From contig NW_026866638.1 of the NCBI RefSeq assembly GCF_026571515.1, positions 1 through 64,000 of the forward strand: 64,000 nucleotides of DNA, read 5' to 3'. Both the position numbers and the translations under genes were made by a program. Source of the DNA: Ruditapes philippinarum (Eukaryota). Shown here in pieces: positions 63,986 through 64,000 of the stretch; position 1 is the stretch's first letter; each line of letters starts with the position of its first letter. Below the pieces are notes generated by a model. It saw nothing but the letters and a program-made list of their open reading frames with translations. It searched no databases and was not told the DNA's origin.

Positions 63986-64000
63986 TTTTGATACATTCAA

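Overview
AT-rich eukaryotic genomic DNA with GT-AG introns. The repeat families suggest a bivalve mollusc, which is inference. Main content: (1) a BEL/Pao LTR retrotransposon at about 0.4-8.3 kb, mostly in homopolymer-corrupted sequence that looks like low-quality consensus; (2) a tandem cluster of five intact, two-coding-exon Shaw/Kv3-like potassium channel genes (12.0-40.1 kb, orientation + - - + -, 429-456 aa); (3) a complete 19-exon white/ABCG half-transporter gene on the minus strand (43.6-55.2 kb); (4) the first coding exon of a probable CRAL-TRIO gene at 61.7 kb; (5) many non-autonomous elements (MITEs, Helentron-type satellite carriers, tRNA-SINEs, a Tc1 relic) and minisatellites. The best candidate for a new system is the channel cluster. 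All five paralogues keep the T1 zinc motif and the TVGYG filter but share a rebuilt voltage sensor: S4 K5 to Tyr with only 1-2 basic residues at R1-K5, S3 Asp lost, S2 Phe to Leu/Ile, an invariant S2 His, and the PVP gate changed to PxG. The residue after GYG varies among them (D/H/N). A second highlight is a minisatellite that has amplified one white 3' splice site into 19 tandem copies.
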